Below are positions 48,658-57,771 of a stretch of 57,771 bases of DNA, piece by piece. The notes under the pieces are model-generated. The model ran no database searches and was not told the origin of the DNA. It saw only the letters and a list, made by a program, of their open reading frames with translations. The DNA lies in NCBI GenBank assembly GCA_964621955.1, contig CAZUMN010000004.1, forward strand, positions 1 to 57,771. The letters are read 5' to 3'. The stretch is from an uncultured Thermococci archaeon. Its GTDB lineage: Archaea; Methanobacteriota_B; Thermococci; Methanofastidiosales; Methanofastidiosaceae. Made by a program: the position numbers and the translations under genes. The first letter of the stretch is position 1, and each line of letters starts with the position of its first letter.

Positions 48658-50190
48658 TTATGAAGGTAATTCCAATGATTCTAAAGCTTCAACGACAGAA
48701 CTTGAATCATCAATCTCAATAGTGTTAATCTTTAAATCATTAAAAGTTTTTTTATAACTATTATCTATTTTGGGAACAGCAACAAAAATAGCTTTAGCAT
48801 AATTTATGTCTTTAGATTTATTATAAAATGATTTTATTTCATTTGAAAATATACCTCTTGGATCAATATAAATATCAAAAATCATAAAAGGGTCTTCGTC
48901 TTTCAAATCTCTAAAGGCCCCCATATCAAATTTCTTTTCAATGCCCTTATTATTAAGTAATATATTCCTTCTAACATCTAATCCTTTTTTTCTCAATTCT
49001 TTTTCTATTTCGCTCAGAATACTTAGTCTCCTTATTAATTTCAATATTTTTGCTCTGTCAGGAACAATTTTCTCCTCTTCTTCCCAAATTGATTCATTTA
49101 CCGTATAAAGTGTTTTACAACTGTTGCATCTTAGACTAATATTTGCTTCACCATAAAATTCACTGCATTTCTCACAGAATATCCAATTTCCAATTTTTCG
49201 ATAATCTACTCCAAGTCTCCTTAATTCTTGATCACATTTTGGACAAATAAGTTTGCCCTCTTTCATAAATTTATTGGAAAAATTAATAGTAGAGCAACTA
49301 TAATGTTCAATAATCTCTCCTTTTACTAAATTCTCAGAGGTACACGAAGGGCATTTTAATACAATTTTATAGTCATATGATTGACAATTTGGGCATTTAA
49401 TAATGAGTGGAAGATTTTTCACTTTTTTGATTATGCCATAATTTGAGAGTACATCAATTCTTTCTTGACTGTATTTAATCGCTAAATCCTCTTCACTCTT
49501 TTCTACAACAGTATGGATTTCACAATCTTTTGGGGTAAAGGAAAATAGAGAACTAAAGAATTCGGGTCCACCTTCTGATTCATATATTTGTTCCAAAGAT
49601 GTTAAATCTTGTCTTCTTTGAAGAACATTTTTCTCCTTTAGTATATCAATTACTTTTTCGGTTAGTTCTTTGTAGCCAAATGGTTTTTCAATGTATGCAT
49701 TTACAGCAGCCCTGTTAATTGCATCTTTTACAACTTCTAAATCAGAATACCCCGTTATTAAAATTCTTAATATGGAAGGATACTGATCCTTTACCTTAGT
49801 CAAAAGATCTATTCCTGACATTCCGGGCAAGACGTTATCAGATATTATTAAATCAAAATTAGAGTTTTCTATTTTTTCCATTGCTTCTTCAGCATTTTGT
49901 GAACAAGTTACATTAAAATTGTAATGAGTGACTGACTCCAAAGTATCTTTTAACATTTCTAATATTTCAAGATTATCTTCAATCACCAAAATATCAAATT
50001 TATTAGAATAATTTCTCCCATTAACATTATTACTTGAAGATATTTCTTGGGTTGTATTCCTATTAATTTTTTTAGAATCGTCTTTAGGTGCGTATTCATC
50101 TAAATCTAAGGCATTATCTTTTTCATTTTTTTTAATAATTAAATTTTGTTTTAAGTGTATTCTAGGCCGTTTTCGATAGAAGCTTTTCAT
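48658..50190 (-). CDS. Response regulator: REC + TackOD1-like multi-Zn-ribbon output domain
   Basis: IEDN, ISDNVLPG, LITG, EKPF; CPNC, CPSC, HYSC, CPKC, CEKC, CNSC. Confidence 0.8.
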   Translation of the reverse strand: MKSFYRKRPRIHLKQNLIIKKNEKDNALDLDEYAPKDDSKKINRNTTQEISSSNNVNGRNYSNKFDILVIEDNLEILEMLKDTLESVTHYNFNVTCSQNAEEAMEKIENSNFDLIISDNVLPGMSGIDLLTKVKDQYPSILRILITGYSDLEVVKDAINRAAVNAYIEKPFGYKELTEKVIDILKEKNVLQRRQDLTSLEQIYESEGGPEFFSSLFSFTPKDCEIHTVVEKSEEDLAIKYSQERIDVLSNYGIIKKVKNLPLIIKCPNCQSYDYKIVLKCPSCTSENLVKGEIIEHYSCSTINFSNKFMKEGKLICPKCDQELRRLGVDYRKIGNWIFCEKCSEFYGEANISLRCNSCKTLYTVNESIWEEEEKIVPDRAKILKLIRRLSILSEIEKELRKKGLDVRRNILLNNKGIEKKFDMGAFRDLKDEDPFMIFDIYIDPRGIFSNEIKSFYNKSKDINYAKAIFVAVPKIDNSYKKTFNDLKINTIEIDDSSSVVEALESLELPS

Positions 50191-50332
50191 TGAGATTCCT
50201 TTAGCATATTTAGGAGAAATAGTTTTTAAGCTTTCTTATTTAAATTAAGAATTATCTATAAAAATTAAAATATATTGAATTAATTGATATAAGAATTATA
50301 TAAAAGACAAATTATAAAAATAAAAATGGGAT

Positions 50333-52621
50333 TTAACATTTTGTATATCCACAACATTTGCAACTTACACAACCTTCAGAGAAAACTAATACTTCACCAC
50401 ATTCTGGACATTGCGCTGGCATTCCATTACTATTAGTTGTTCCGTTTGAGGTAACTACCAAGTCTAGTCTTTCTTGTTTTGTGTTTAGTTCTTTCTTAAT
50501 ATACCTATCCAAAACTATAGCTATTGCATCGGCACAAGAATGAACTGGTATACCTTCGTCCCATGTAGGCATTGGACATCTGATATGTCTTAACTGCTCC
50601 AATATAGACTCAATTCCTATTCCAGATCTCAAGGCCAATGATATTAACCTTGCTATTGCTTCATTCTGACTTGCGGGACAACCCCCAGATTTACCCATTT
50701 GCATAAATATTTCGCAAAGCCCATATTCATCCTCGTTTATAGTAACATAAAGATTACCACAACCAGTTCTTATCTTTTCAGTGAATCCTTTAGTTACTTT
50801 TGGTCTTGGCCTTGGGGCTTTTTGGATAGAAGTTTCTTTTTTATTAACTTTCCCAATATTCAAAACTTGTTCGTCTCTAGATCCATCTCTATATATAGTA
50901 GTTCCCTTGAGTCCACTTCTGTAAGCTAATAGATAAGCTTGCATGACATCCTTTTCAGTTGCACTTTTTGGAAAATTAATGGTTTTTGAAACTGCGTTAT
51001 CTGTATACTCTTGAAATGCCGCTTGAATTCTTATATGCCATTCTGGAACAATATCGTGAGCAGTTACAAATATTTTTTTAATGTCTTCAGGTATTTCTTC
51101 CATATTTTTTAAAGTGCCTTCCCTTGCAATTCTCTTCATTAGCTCTTGATTGTAAATTCCTCGCTCATTAGATATTTCTGCAAAAACAGGATTAATTTCT
51201 AAAAGCTCATCTTTATCCATGACATTTCGGATGTAGGATATTGCGAATATAGGCTCTATTCCACTGGAACTACCTGCTATGAGACTTATAGTACCAGTTG
51301 GTGCTATTGTAGTTACAGTGGCATTTCTAATTGGCATTTCTCTTCTGTCATAAAATACACTATTTTCAAAATTTGGAAAAGGTCCCCTCTTTGAAGCAAG
51401 CTCTCTTGAAGTTTCAGTAGCTTCTTCTTTAACGAACTTCATTACGATTTTTGCGAGGTCGACTGCATCTTCTGAATTATATGGTACCCCAAGCTTTAGA
51501 AGCATGTCTGCAAAGCCCATTACACCTAATCCTATTTTCCTGTTGCCTTTTGTCATGTCTTCAATTTGGGCCAAAGGATACCTATTAACATCAATAACAT
51601 TATCTAGAAAATGAACAGATTTCTTTACAACATCTCTTAAATGGTCAAAATCTATTTCATATCCTTTATTTGTTTCCTTTAAAAATTTTGAAAGATTTAT
51701 AGAACCAAGATTACAAGATTCATATGGAAGAAGAGGTTGTTCCCCACAGGGATTTGTACTTTCAATTTCACCTATAGCAGGAGTTGGATTACCTCTGTTT
51801 AGTCTATCAATAAATACTATGCCGGGTTCTCCATTTTTCCAAGCCATATGGACTATTAGATTAAAAACTTCTTTTGCACTTAATTTACCATCTACTTTCC
51901 CAGTTCTCGGATTTAAAAGTTCATAGTCTTTTCCATTTTCAAATGCTTCAATGAACTTATCTGTAATCGCCACGGATATATTAAAATTATTAAGTTTAGT
52001 ATTCTCTTCTTTACATTTAATGAATTCTAGGATATCGGGGTGGTCCACCCTTAAAATTGCCATATTGGCCCCTCTTCTTGTCCCACCCTGTTTTATCGTT
52101 TCTGTAGCTGTGTCAAATACCGTCATAAAGGAAACTGGGCCACTTGATATACCTTTAGTTGTTAGGACTACATCATTTTTAGGTCTGAGTCTTGAGAATG
52201 AAAAGCCAGTTCCACCGCCACTTTTATGGATTAAAGCTGTGTATTTTATTGCGTCAAAGATACTATCAATTGAATCTTCAACAGGCAAAACAAAACATGC
52301 AGATAATTGGCCAAGTTCTCTCCCGGCGTTCATCAATGTAGGTGAATTTGGAAGGAACTCAAAATTTGTCATCATTTCATAAAACTCTTTAGTTAATCCG
52401 TCGACATCTGCATTTTCGTCATAAAGTAAATCAGCTATTGAGATACTTTTTGATACTCTTAAAAAGAGATCATTTGGAGTTTCTATGACATTTCCTTCTT
52501 GATCCTTTTTTAGATATCTCCTTTCTAATACTTTTATCGCATTATCTGACAAATTTAATGGCTCTTCTGCATAATCAGTACTACCACCCTTATCATAATT
52601 ATAACCCTCAGAAATTGCCAT
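50333..52621 (-). CDS. nrdJ: Adenosylcobalamin-dependent (class II) ribonucleotide reductase with TSCPD and Zn-ribbon domains
   Basis: PNSPTLMN, SACFV, NPCGEQ, APTG, VSKTIN, YRDGSR; no ATP cone and no intein seen. Confidence 0.93.
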   Translation of the reverse strand: MAISEGYNYDKGGSTDYAEEPLNLSDNAIKVLERRYLKKDQEGNVIETPNDLFLRVSKSISIADLLYDENADVDGLTKEFYEMMTNFEFLPNSPTLMNAGRELGQLSACFVLPVEDSIDSIFDAIKYTALIHKSGGGTGFSFSRLRPKNDVVLTTKGISSGPVSFMTVFDTATETIKQGGTRRGANMAILRVDHPDILEFIKCKEENTKLNNFNISVAITDKFIEAFENGKDYELLNPRTGKVDGKLSAKEVFNLIVHMAWKNGEPGIVFIDRLNRGNPTPAIGEIESTNPCGEQPLLPYESCNLGSINLSKFLKETNKGYEIDFDHLRDVVKKSVHFLDNVIDVNRYPLAQIEDMTKGNRKIGLGVMGFADMLLKLGVPYNSEDAVDLAKIVMKFVKEEATETSRELASKRGPFPNFENSVFYDRREMPIRNATVTTIAPTGTISLIAGSSSGIEPIFAISYIRNVMDKDELLEINPVFAEISNERGIYNQELMKRIAREGTLKNMEEIPEDIKKIFVTAHDIVPEWHIRIQAAFQEYTDNAVSKTINFPKSATEKDVMQAYLLAYRSGLKGTTIYRDGSRDEQVLNIGKVNKKETSIQKAPRPRPKVTKGFTEKIRTGCGNLYVTINEDEYGLCEIFMQMGKSGGCPASQNEAIARLISLALRSGIGIESILEQLRHIRCPMPTWDEGIPVHSCADAIAIVLDRYIKKELNTKQERLDLVVTSNGTTNSNGMPAQCPECGEVLVFSEGCVSCKCCGYTKC

Positions 52622-52836
52622 GCTAATATAAATCCCTCCAATTCATATGTTAGTCCAAACTATTTTATTGATTAATTTGTTAATTATAAATCTTTTGGTA
52701 AACGATTTTTAAAATTTGATATTGCAAAAATTATTCCATTAAAACTGTTTTGATAAATCAAAAATTATTTCTAAAGTTCGATTTGATTGTTTTTTTATAT
52801 CATTAATTATTTAAATAAATATTATTTTTTTATATT

Positions 52837-53496
52837 ATGCATAAAACAGCAAGCATTGACATTGAAAAAGACATCATAAAAGAGAATTCAATGATAGCTA
52901 ATGATAATAGTAATCTTCTAAAGAAATATGGAATTAAATCTTATAATGTAATGGGTGCGATAGGCTCTGGAAAAACTTCCCTAATAGAAATTGCCATTGA
53001 TGCTTTAGTGAAAAAAGGAAAAAATGTTGGTATTATTGCTGGAGATGTAGTTGCTGAGTATGACTCCAATAGATTTAGAAAACACCAATGCCTTGTAATT
53101 CCATTAAATACTGGAAAGGAGTGCCATCTAGATGCACATTTGATATCTCATGAACTGGAAGATTTAGAGGAAAGAGGAATTCTCCAAGACCTCGATTATT
53201 TTATAATGGAAAATGTGGGAAATTTAATATGCCCTTCAGATTTTACACTAGGTGAAGACAAAAGAATTGTTATTGTCAGTGTAAGTGAAGGGGATGATAT
53301 AGTATTGAAACATCCAATAATATTCAGATTTTCAGATATATGCATAATCAATAAAATTGATATCGCCGAAGCTGTTGATGCAAGCCCTGAAAAAATGGAA
53401 AGGGATTGTCTTTCACTTAATCCTAAAATAAAAATTATTAAAACATCTGTAAAGAAAAATATAGGGATATCCGAATGGCTAGATATCTTCGAATAA
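52837..53496 (+). CDS. hypB: Hydrogenase nickel incorporation GTPase HypB
   Basis: GAIGSGKT, CHLDA, ENVGNLICP, NKID. Confidence 0.94.
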   Translation: MHKTASIDIEKDIIKENSMIANDNSNLLKKYGIKSYNVMGAIGSGKTSLIEIAIDALVKKGKNVGIIAGDVVAEYDSNRFRKHQCLVIPLNTGKECHLDAHLISHELEDLEERGILQDLDYFIMENVGNLICPSDFTLGEDKRIVIVSVSEGDDIVLKHPIIFRFSDICIINKIDIAEAVDASPEKMERDCLSLNPKIKIIKTSVKKNIGISEWLDIFE

Positions 53497-53522
53497 GATA
53501 CATCCATTAAAGATATTAATAA

Positions 53523-54362
53523 TTATTTATAGTCTTTCAAAAATTTTCGGGTATCTTCGGTATTCATCCACCCCTCATCCAGTTGTTTTATGACATCATC
53601 GATCCTCTCAATCTGGGCTAATAAGTTTTGTTTTATCTCTGGTTCATTTATCCTAACATGTGTGAAGGTGCTAAGTATTGCCAATGGATTTCGGATATGA
53701 TCAATAAGGTGAGCAAATTTTTCAATATTATTTTCTATTTGAACTAAGGCCTTCTTTCTTTCTGTAATATCTCTAAATGCAGTCACTGCACCGATGATTT
53801 CGGCATTTTGTGTAATGAATTTATTATTGGCTTCTGCCATAATTGTACTGCCATTTTTATGATTTAATTCCAGTTCTATTCTTTCGTCAGAAGTATTGCT
53901 TATCCCTTGTCTATACATCTTAGCTAAAGTAGGGATATATTTGACATCAAGAATCCCCACATCCATGAAACTTTTTCCAATTAATTCTTCTTTCTTGTAA
54001 CCTAATTTTGTTTCAATTCTTTTATTAATGTCTAATATTTTTCCGTATTTATCGACATAAAGAATAATATCTCCAACAGTGTCCAGTATAATCTTATTCT
54101 TTCTCTCACTTTCAGTCATAATTTGAGTGGAAGACTTTATTTTGTTAAATCCACGATTAATCAAGTAAAAGACCAATAAAGAAGTCAATAATATAAATAA
54201 TATATCTTTAAAAGTTTGGAAAAAAACCAACGTAGGAACGTCTTTTACACGCATAGCCAAAAATACGTCAGAAAATATAATCCATACGATTCCTGTAACA
54301 AAATAAACACTGACAATAATAATTGGATTCTCAATAGAAATTTTTTCATCTGGTTGGCCCAT
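53523..54362 (-). CDS. 2TM-PAS protein with the same ATPase-less HisKA-like tail as 2497-4239
   Basis: WIIFSD TM, ILDTVGDII PAS, FAHLIDHIRNPL...LDEGWMNTEDTRKFL. Confidence 0.87.
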   Translation of the reverse strand: MGQPDEKISIENPIIIVSVYFVTGIVWIIFSDVFLAMRVKDVPTLVFFQTFKDILFILLTSLLVFYLINRGFNKIKSSTQIMTESERKNKIILDTVGDIILYVDKYGKILDINKRIETKLGYKKEELIGKSFMDVGILDVKYIPTLAKMYRQGISNTSDERIELELNHKNGSTIMAEANNKFITQNAEIIGAVTAFRDITERKKALVQIENNIEKFAHLIDHIRNPLAILSTFTHVRINEPEIKQNLLAQIERIDDVIKQLDEGWMNTEDTRKFLKDYK

Positions 54363-54482
54363 AATTAATACCTTTAGATTTTTACAGGATTACCTTAGTC
54401 ATGATGAGATATATTATTTTATTAACTTATGGGTAAAGCTAAATCTATAGCGAATGATAAAATAATAATTAATATAAAAAAA

Positions 54483-55118
54483 TTAATCTATAAACTCAAC
54501 ACTTACTTCTCTTACATCCCATAGAGTTTCAATCTTTTCCTTAATCTCTTCTCTTATCGAATTGGCGAATTGATGATTGGAGGGCAGATCTATTGTAAGT
54601 AAAACTTTACCGTTGTTGATTTCTATTTTTTTAATAAGATTTGTTCTTACTACATCAAGCCCTGTTAAGGGATTCATTACCTTCTTCAATCTATTGTTCA
54701 CAATCTCTATTGTTGTAGGGACTTTCTCTGCTATAATTCCATGTTTTTCTTCATAATTTTGAATTGCTGCCCTTAGTCCTTCAACTGCCAATACCGAGCA
54801 GTGCGCTTTTATTGTCGGTAATCCCCCTAAAGCATCTGCTGCCTGTTGCCAAGTAATTTTCTTTGCTTCCTCAAGAGTTTTTCCTTTAGCCATATCAGTA
54901 ATAATCGAGCCTGTTGCAATATTGGATGCACAACCATAAGATTCAAATTTAATATCCTCAATAATCTTATTTACAGGATTTACTTTTATATAAACTGAAA
55001 CCATGTCCCCACATGCAGGGCTTCCTTCGGTTGCTTTGCCGTCTGGATTCTCTATTTTACCTACATTATGTGGATGACGAAAATGTTCCAACACTTTTTC
55101 ACTATATGGAAATTTCAT
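54483..55118 (-). CDS. iscU: IscU/NifU scaffold fused to a DUF59 (MIP18/SufT-like) domain
   Basis: ACGD, YGC, KAHC; C-terminal NPLTGLDVV...VSVEF without the usual Cys. Confidence 0.9.
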   Translation of the reverse strand: MKFPYSEKVLEHFRHPHNVGKIENPDGKATEGSPACGDMVSVYIKVNPVNKIIEDIKFESYGCASNIATGSIITDMAKGKTLEEAKKITWQQAADALGGLPTIKAHCSVLAVEGLRAAIQNYEEKHGIIAEKVPTTIEIVNNRLKKVMNPLTGLDVVRTNLIKKIEINNGKVLLTIDLPSNHQFANSIREEIKEKIETLWDVREVSVEFID

Positions 55119-55133
55119 ATCGTTCCCTCCTTA

Positions 55134-56297
55134 TCAATTCTTACCCAACGGGCTAATCTTTCTAAGTTCCTTTACAACTTCGGATATATTATTCACAATC
55201 AAATCAACATCATCAATAGTATTGTATCTACCAAATGTAAATCGAACAGAACCATGCGCCCTCTCGTGATCACCACCGATACCCATTATAACATGGCTTG
55301 CCTCAAGAGATTTACTGAAGCATGCAGAACCTGTACTGACCGAAAACCCCCTCATATCAAGATGAAGCGTAATTGATTCTCCTTCTACATAGTGAAAGGT
55401 AATGTTCGCATTTTGAGGAATTCTTTTTTCTTTATGCCCATTCAAAGTTGTGTCTGGTATCTCAGATAAAACTCTTTTAATGAGGTGATCTCTCATCTGC
55501 TCCATTTTTTTAGTCTCTTCAGGAGTTACTAGTTCAATAGCCTTTGCAAACCCTACTGCCCCGGGGATATTTTCTAATCCTGCACGCTTGTTAAATTCTT
55601 GAAATCCTCCGTCCATCCACTTTGAGAGCGGAGTATTCTTACGGATAAATAATGCTCCCGTCTCTTTAGGCCCATGGATAGTGTGGGCGGACAAAGTAAC
55701 TAGACCAACTGGAATCTCCCTAACATCAATTGGAACTCTTGTGAAGGTATGTGTTGCATCTGTGTGAAAAAGCACACTTTTATTTTTACAAATGTTTGCT
55801 ATTTTAGCAATATCTTGCATTGTGCCAATCTCTTGATTGGCATGCTGGATTGATACTAGAATAGTGTCTTTTCTTATAGATTTTTCAAGTTGATCAAAGT
55901 CAATCAGCCCATATTGGTCAACATCAAGATAGGTAACTTCAAATCCCTGTTTTTCAAGACTCCTTGCACTATTAAGAACTGGAAAGTCTTCAATTTTTGA
56001 TACAATTATATGCTTGCCTTTTTTTTCTTTCAGTGCCATTGCAACTCCTTTTAAGGCCATGTTACTAGATTCAGTGCTTCCTGAAGTGAAAATAATCTCT
56101 CCAAAATCAGCTCCAATGTAATTGGCAATAAACCCTCTAGCCTCATCTAGAGCTTCTCTCGCTTCAATACCTAATGAGTATCCAAATTCTGAAGTTGCAA
56201 CTGCATATACTTCAAAGAAATATTTTTTCATAGATTCTAAAACTCTTTCGTCCAATCTAGTCGCAGCCGCATTATCGAGGTAAATATTTTTTTCCAT
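55134..56297 (-). CDS. iscS: IscS/NifS-like protein lacking the PLP-binding lysine
   Basis: YLDNAA, FTSGSTES, NQEIG, GSAC, SVRF; SAHT in place of SAHK. Confidence 0.9.
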   Translation of the reverse strand: MEKNIYLDNAAATRLDERVLESMKKYFFEVYAVATSEFGYSLGIEAREALDEARGFIANYIGADFGEIIFTSGSTESSNMALKGVAMALKEKKGKHIIVSKIEDFPVLNSARSLEKQGFEVTYLDVDQYGLIDFDQLEKSIRKDTILVSIQHANQEIGTMQDIAKIANICKNKSVLFHTDATHTFTRVPIDVREIPVGLVTLSAHTIHGPKETGALFIRKNTPLSKWMDGGFQEFNKRAGLENIPGAVGFAKAIELVTPEETKKMEQMRDHLIKRVLSEIPDTTLNGHKEKRIPQNANITFHYVEGESITLHLDMRGFSVSTGSACFSKSLEASHVIMGIGGDHERAHGSVRFTFGRYNTIDDVDLIVNNISEVVKELRKISPLGKN

Positions 56298-56315
56298 TAT
56301 GATTCACCATATTAT

Positions 56316-56771
56316 TTATATAAACAGCGTCATGCTTGATTCCATTGCTTCTTGAATATATGTCCCAACGGAACAATAATCATTAATTAGATCTTGTCTT
56401 AGATCTTCAGGCTTTACTCCCATTACCTCCATAGTCATATCACAAGCCAGTATTTTACCCCCAAGTTCTTTGAAGTCTGTTATCATTTTCTCTAAAGAAG
56501 CCACATTAGCTTTTTCCATTTTCTTCTTTATCATCATTTTACCTAATCCCAGCATATGCATCTTTGAGAGTGGGCCTTTTTCAAGCCCGCCTTTCTTTAA
56601 TCTCTGAAGTCCAAAAAAAGTGAAGTACAAAGAAACTTCCATGCCCATTGAAAGTGCCCCATTTCCAATTATTAGTGCACTGTAAATTTTATCCATATCT
56701 CCGCTATGAACAATTATCGTAGCTTTATTCTTTTTTTGATTAGCTAACTCTTGCATATTTTTATCTTCCAC
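56316..56771 (-). CDS. DsrE/DsrF-like (DsrE2-type) sulfur-relay protein
   Basis: SGDMDK, YFTFFGL, ACDMTMEVMG, TLFI. Confidence 0.88.
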   Translation of the reverse strand: MEDKNMQELANQKKNKATIIVHSGDMDKIYSALIIGNGALSMGMEVSLYFTFFGLQRLKKGGLEKGPLSKMHMLGLGKMMIKKKMEKANVASLEKMITDFKELGGKILACDMTMEVMGVKPEDLRQDLINDYCSVGTYIQEAMESSMTLFI

Positions 56772-56983
56772 GTATTGCCCTCCTCTTCAATGGATACAAT
56801 CTTATACCCTAACGCCTTCACGGCCATTGGTATTTCCTTCTTAGACGCAGGATGTGTTCCCTCTATCTCGACTATATCTCCTACTGCTGCTTTTCGCAAC
56901 GCTTTTCTACATTCAACTAGAGGCACAGGACAAGTTTGACCCTTAACATCAATTTTTATTTCCACCATTTCTTCAACTCCCAT
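56744..56983 (-). CDS. tusA: TusA/SirA family sulfur carrier
   Basis: IDVKGQTCPVP. Confidence 0.9.
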   Translation of the reverse strand: MGVEEMVEIKIDVKGQTCPVPLVECRKALRKAAVGDIVEIEGTHPASKKEIPMAVKALGYKIVSIEEEGNTWKIKICKS

Positions 56984-57174
56984 AAGATTATAAGAATATT
57001 AATATACAACCTTCAATATATTTGATTTTTCAATGTTAAAAGCCTAACGGCAATAAATAATATACTTACAAATTTTTATTACTTTTAAAAAAATATAGAT
57101 TTTAAATATGAAAAATATTCAATATAGAATAGAAGAAATATAAAATAAAATAATAACTGATAGTAATAAAAAAA

Positions 57175-57771
57175 TTATCTGCCTATTGCCTCTACAGGGC
57201 ATATGTAGGCACATAATCCGCATCCGGTGCATACTGTTGGATTAATACTTGAGTGACCATCCTTAAATTCTAAAGCAGGGCATCCAGATAGCTTTATGCA
57301 TGCTTTACATGCCCTACACATAGATACTTCTACCTTATAGATAGGCCTCTTATCGATGCCTTTCAGGAGAACACATGGCCCTCTTGATACGATAGCATAT
57401 ACCTGTTCACTTTCAAGTGCTCTTTTTAGAGCATCTTCAATGCTTTTTACATCAGTTGCATTTACGACTTCAACTGGTATATCCATACCGGCAATCAACT
57501 TCTCAATGGACACAGGGCTTGCAGGTTTTCCCATAGCAGTTAGCTGTGTTCCAGGATGAGGTTGATGACCTGTCATAGCAGTAGTTAAATTGTCAAGGAT
57601 TACTGCTACAATCTTAGAATTGTTATATTTCGCATTGATTAATGGGGGTATTCCTGCATGGAAAAATGTAGAATCCCCCAAAGTTGCAACAATTGGCTCA
57701 TTTACAGATTTTGCAAGACCGCATGCTATCCCAAAACTTGAACCCATGGCAATACATGTATCAACTGTCTG
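57175..57771 (-). CDS. iorA: Indolepyruvate:ferredoxin oxidoreductase alpha subunit (C-terminal part; 5' end beyond window)
   Basis: Open to window edge; DTCIAMG, GDSTFFHAG, LDNLTTAMTGHQPHP, two CxxC ferredoxin motifs. Confidence 0.92.
   Translation of the reverse strand, partial: QTVDTCIAMGSSFGIACGLAKSVNEPIVATLGDSTFFHAGIPPLINAKYNNSKIVAVILDNLTTAMTGHQPHPGTQLTAMGKPASPVSIEKLIAGMDIPVEVVNATDVKSIEDALKRALESEQVYAIVSRGPCVLLKGIDKRPIYKVEVSMCRACKACIKLSGCPALEFKDGHSSINPTVCTGCGLCAYICPVEAIGR

Noticed and set aside
50333-52621. Intein or intron in the ribonucleotide reductase
   Set aside because: Motif spacing is continuous and the length is typical; no splice-junction or LAGLIDADG motifs seen.

Overview
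AT-rich (roughly one-third G+C by eye) anaerobic euryarchaeal chromosome segment. Archaeal-type ThrRS, Pth2, Cgi121, a cdrS-ftsZ2 pair, DUF373 and DUF835 proteins indicate an archaeon; my best guess is a Methanofastidiosum-like (WSA2) lineage, which is an inference. The left edge holds a GC-richer tyrosine integrase running off the window, possibly the end of an integrated element. The rest mixes housekeeping genes (ftsZ, thrS, purA, pth2, class II RNR, hypB, iorA, tRNA-Arg(TCG)) with signalling, surface and redox genes and one decayed CDF transporter. No CRISPR array, rRNA or transposase was seen. The strongest signals are deviant redox and sulfur enzymes: (1) an IscS-like protein lacking the PLP lysine and other PLP-site residues but keeping its persulfide-loop Cys, in a tusA-dsrE-iscS-iscU operon, a candidate cysteine-independent sulfur relay for Fe-S assembly; (2) a CoA-disulfide-reductase/NADH-oxidase-like flavoprotein with a CX3CX2C insert replacing its NAD(P)H-binding loop; (3) a CooS with Glu for a C-cluster Cys; (4) an FrdA/NadB-like flavoprotein with a remodelled substrate site. 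Also notable are a stand-alone ATP-cone paralog with a tandemly amplified helix, a K-turn-containing structured RNA candidate, and two PAS proteins ending in an ATPase-less HisKA-like tail.
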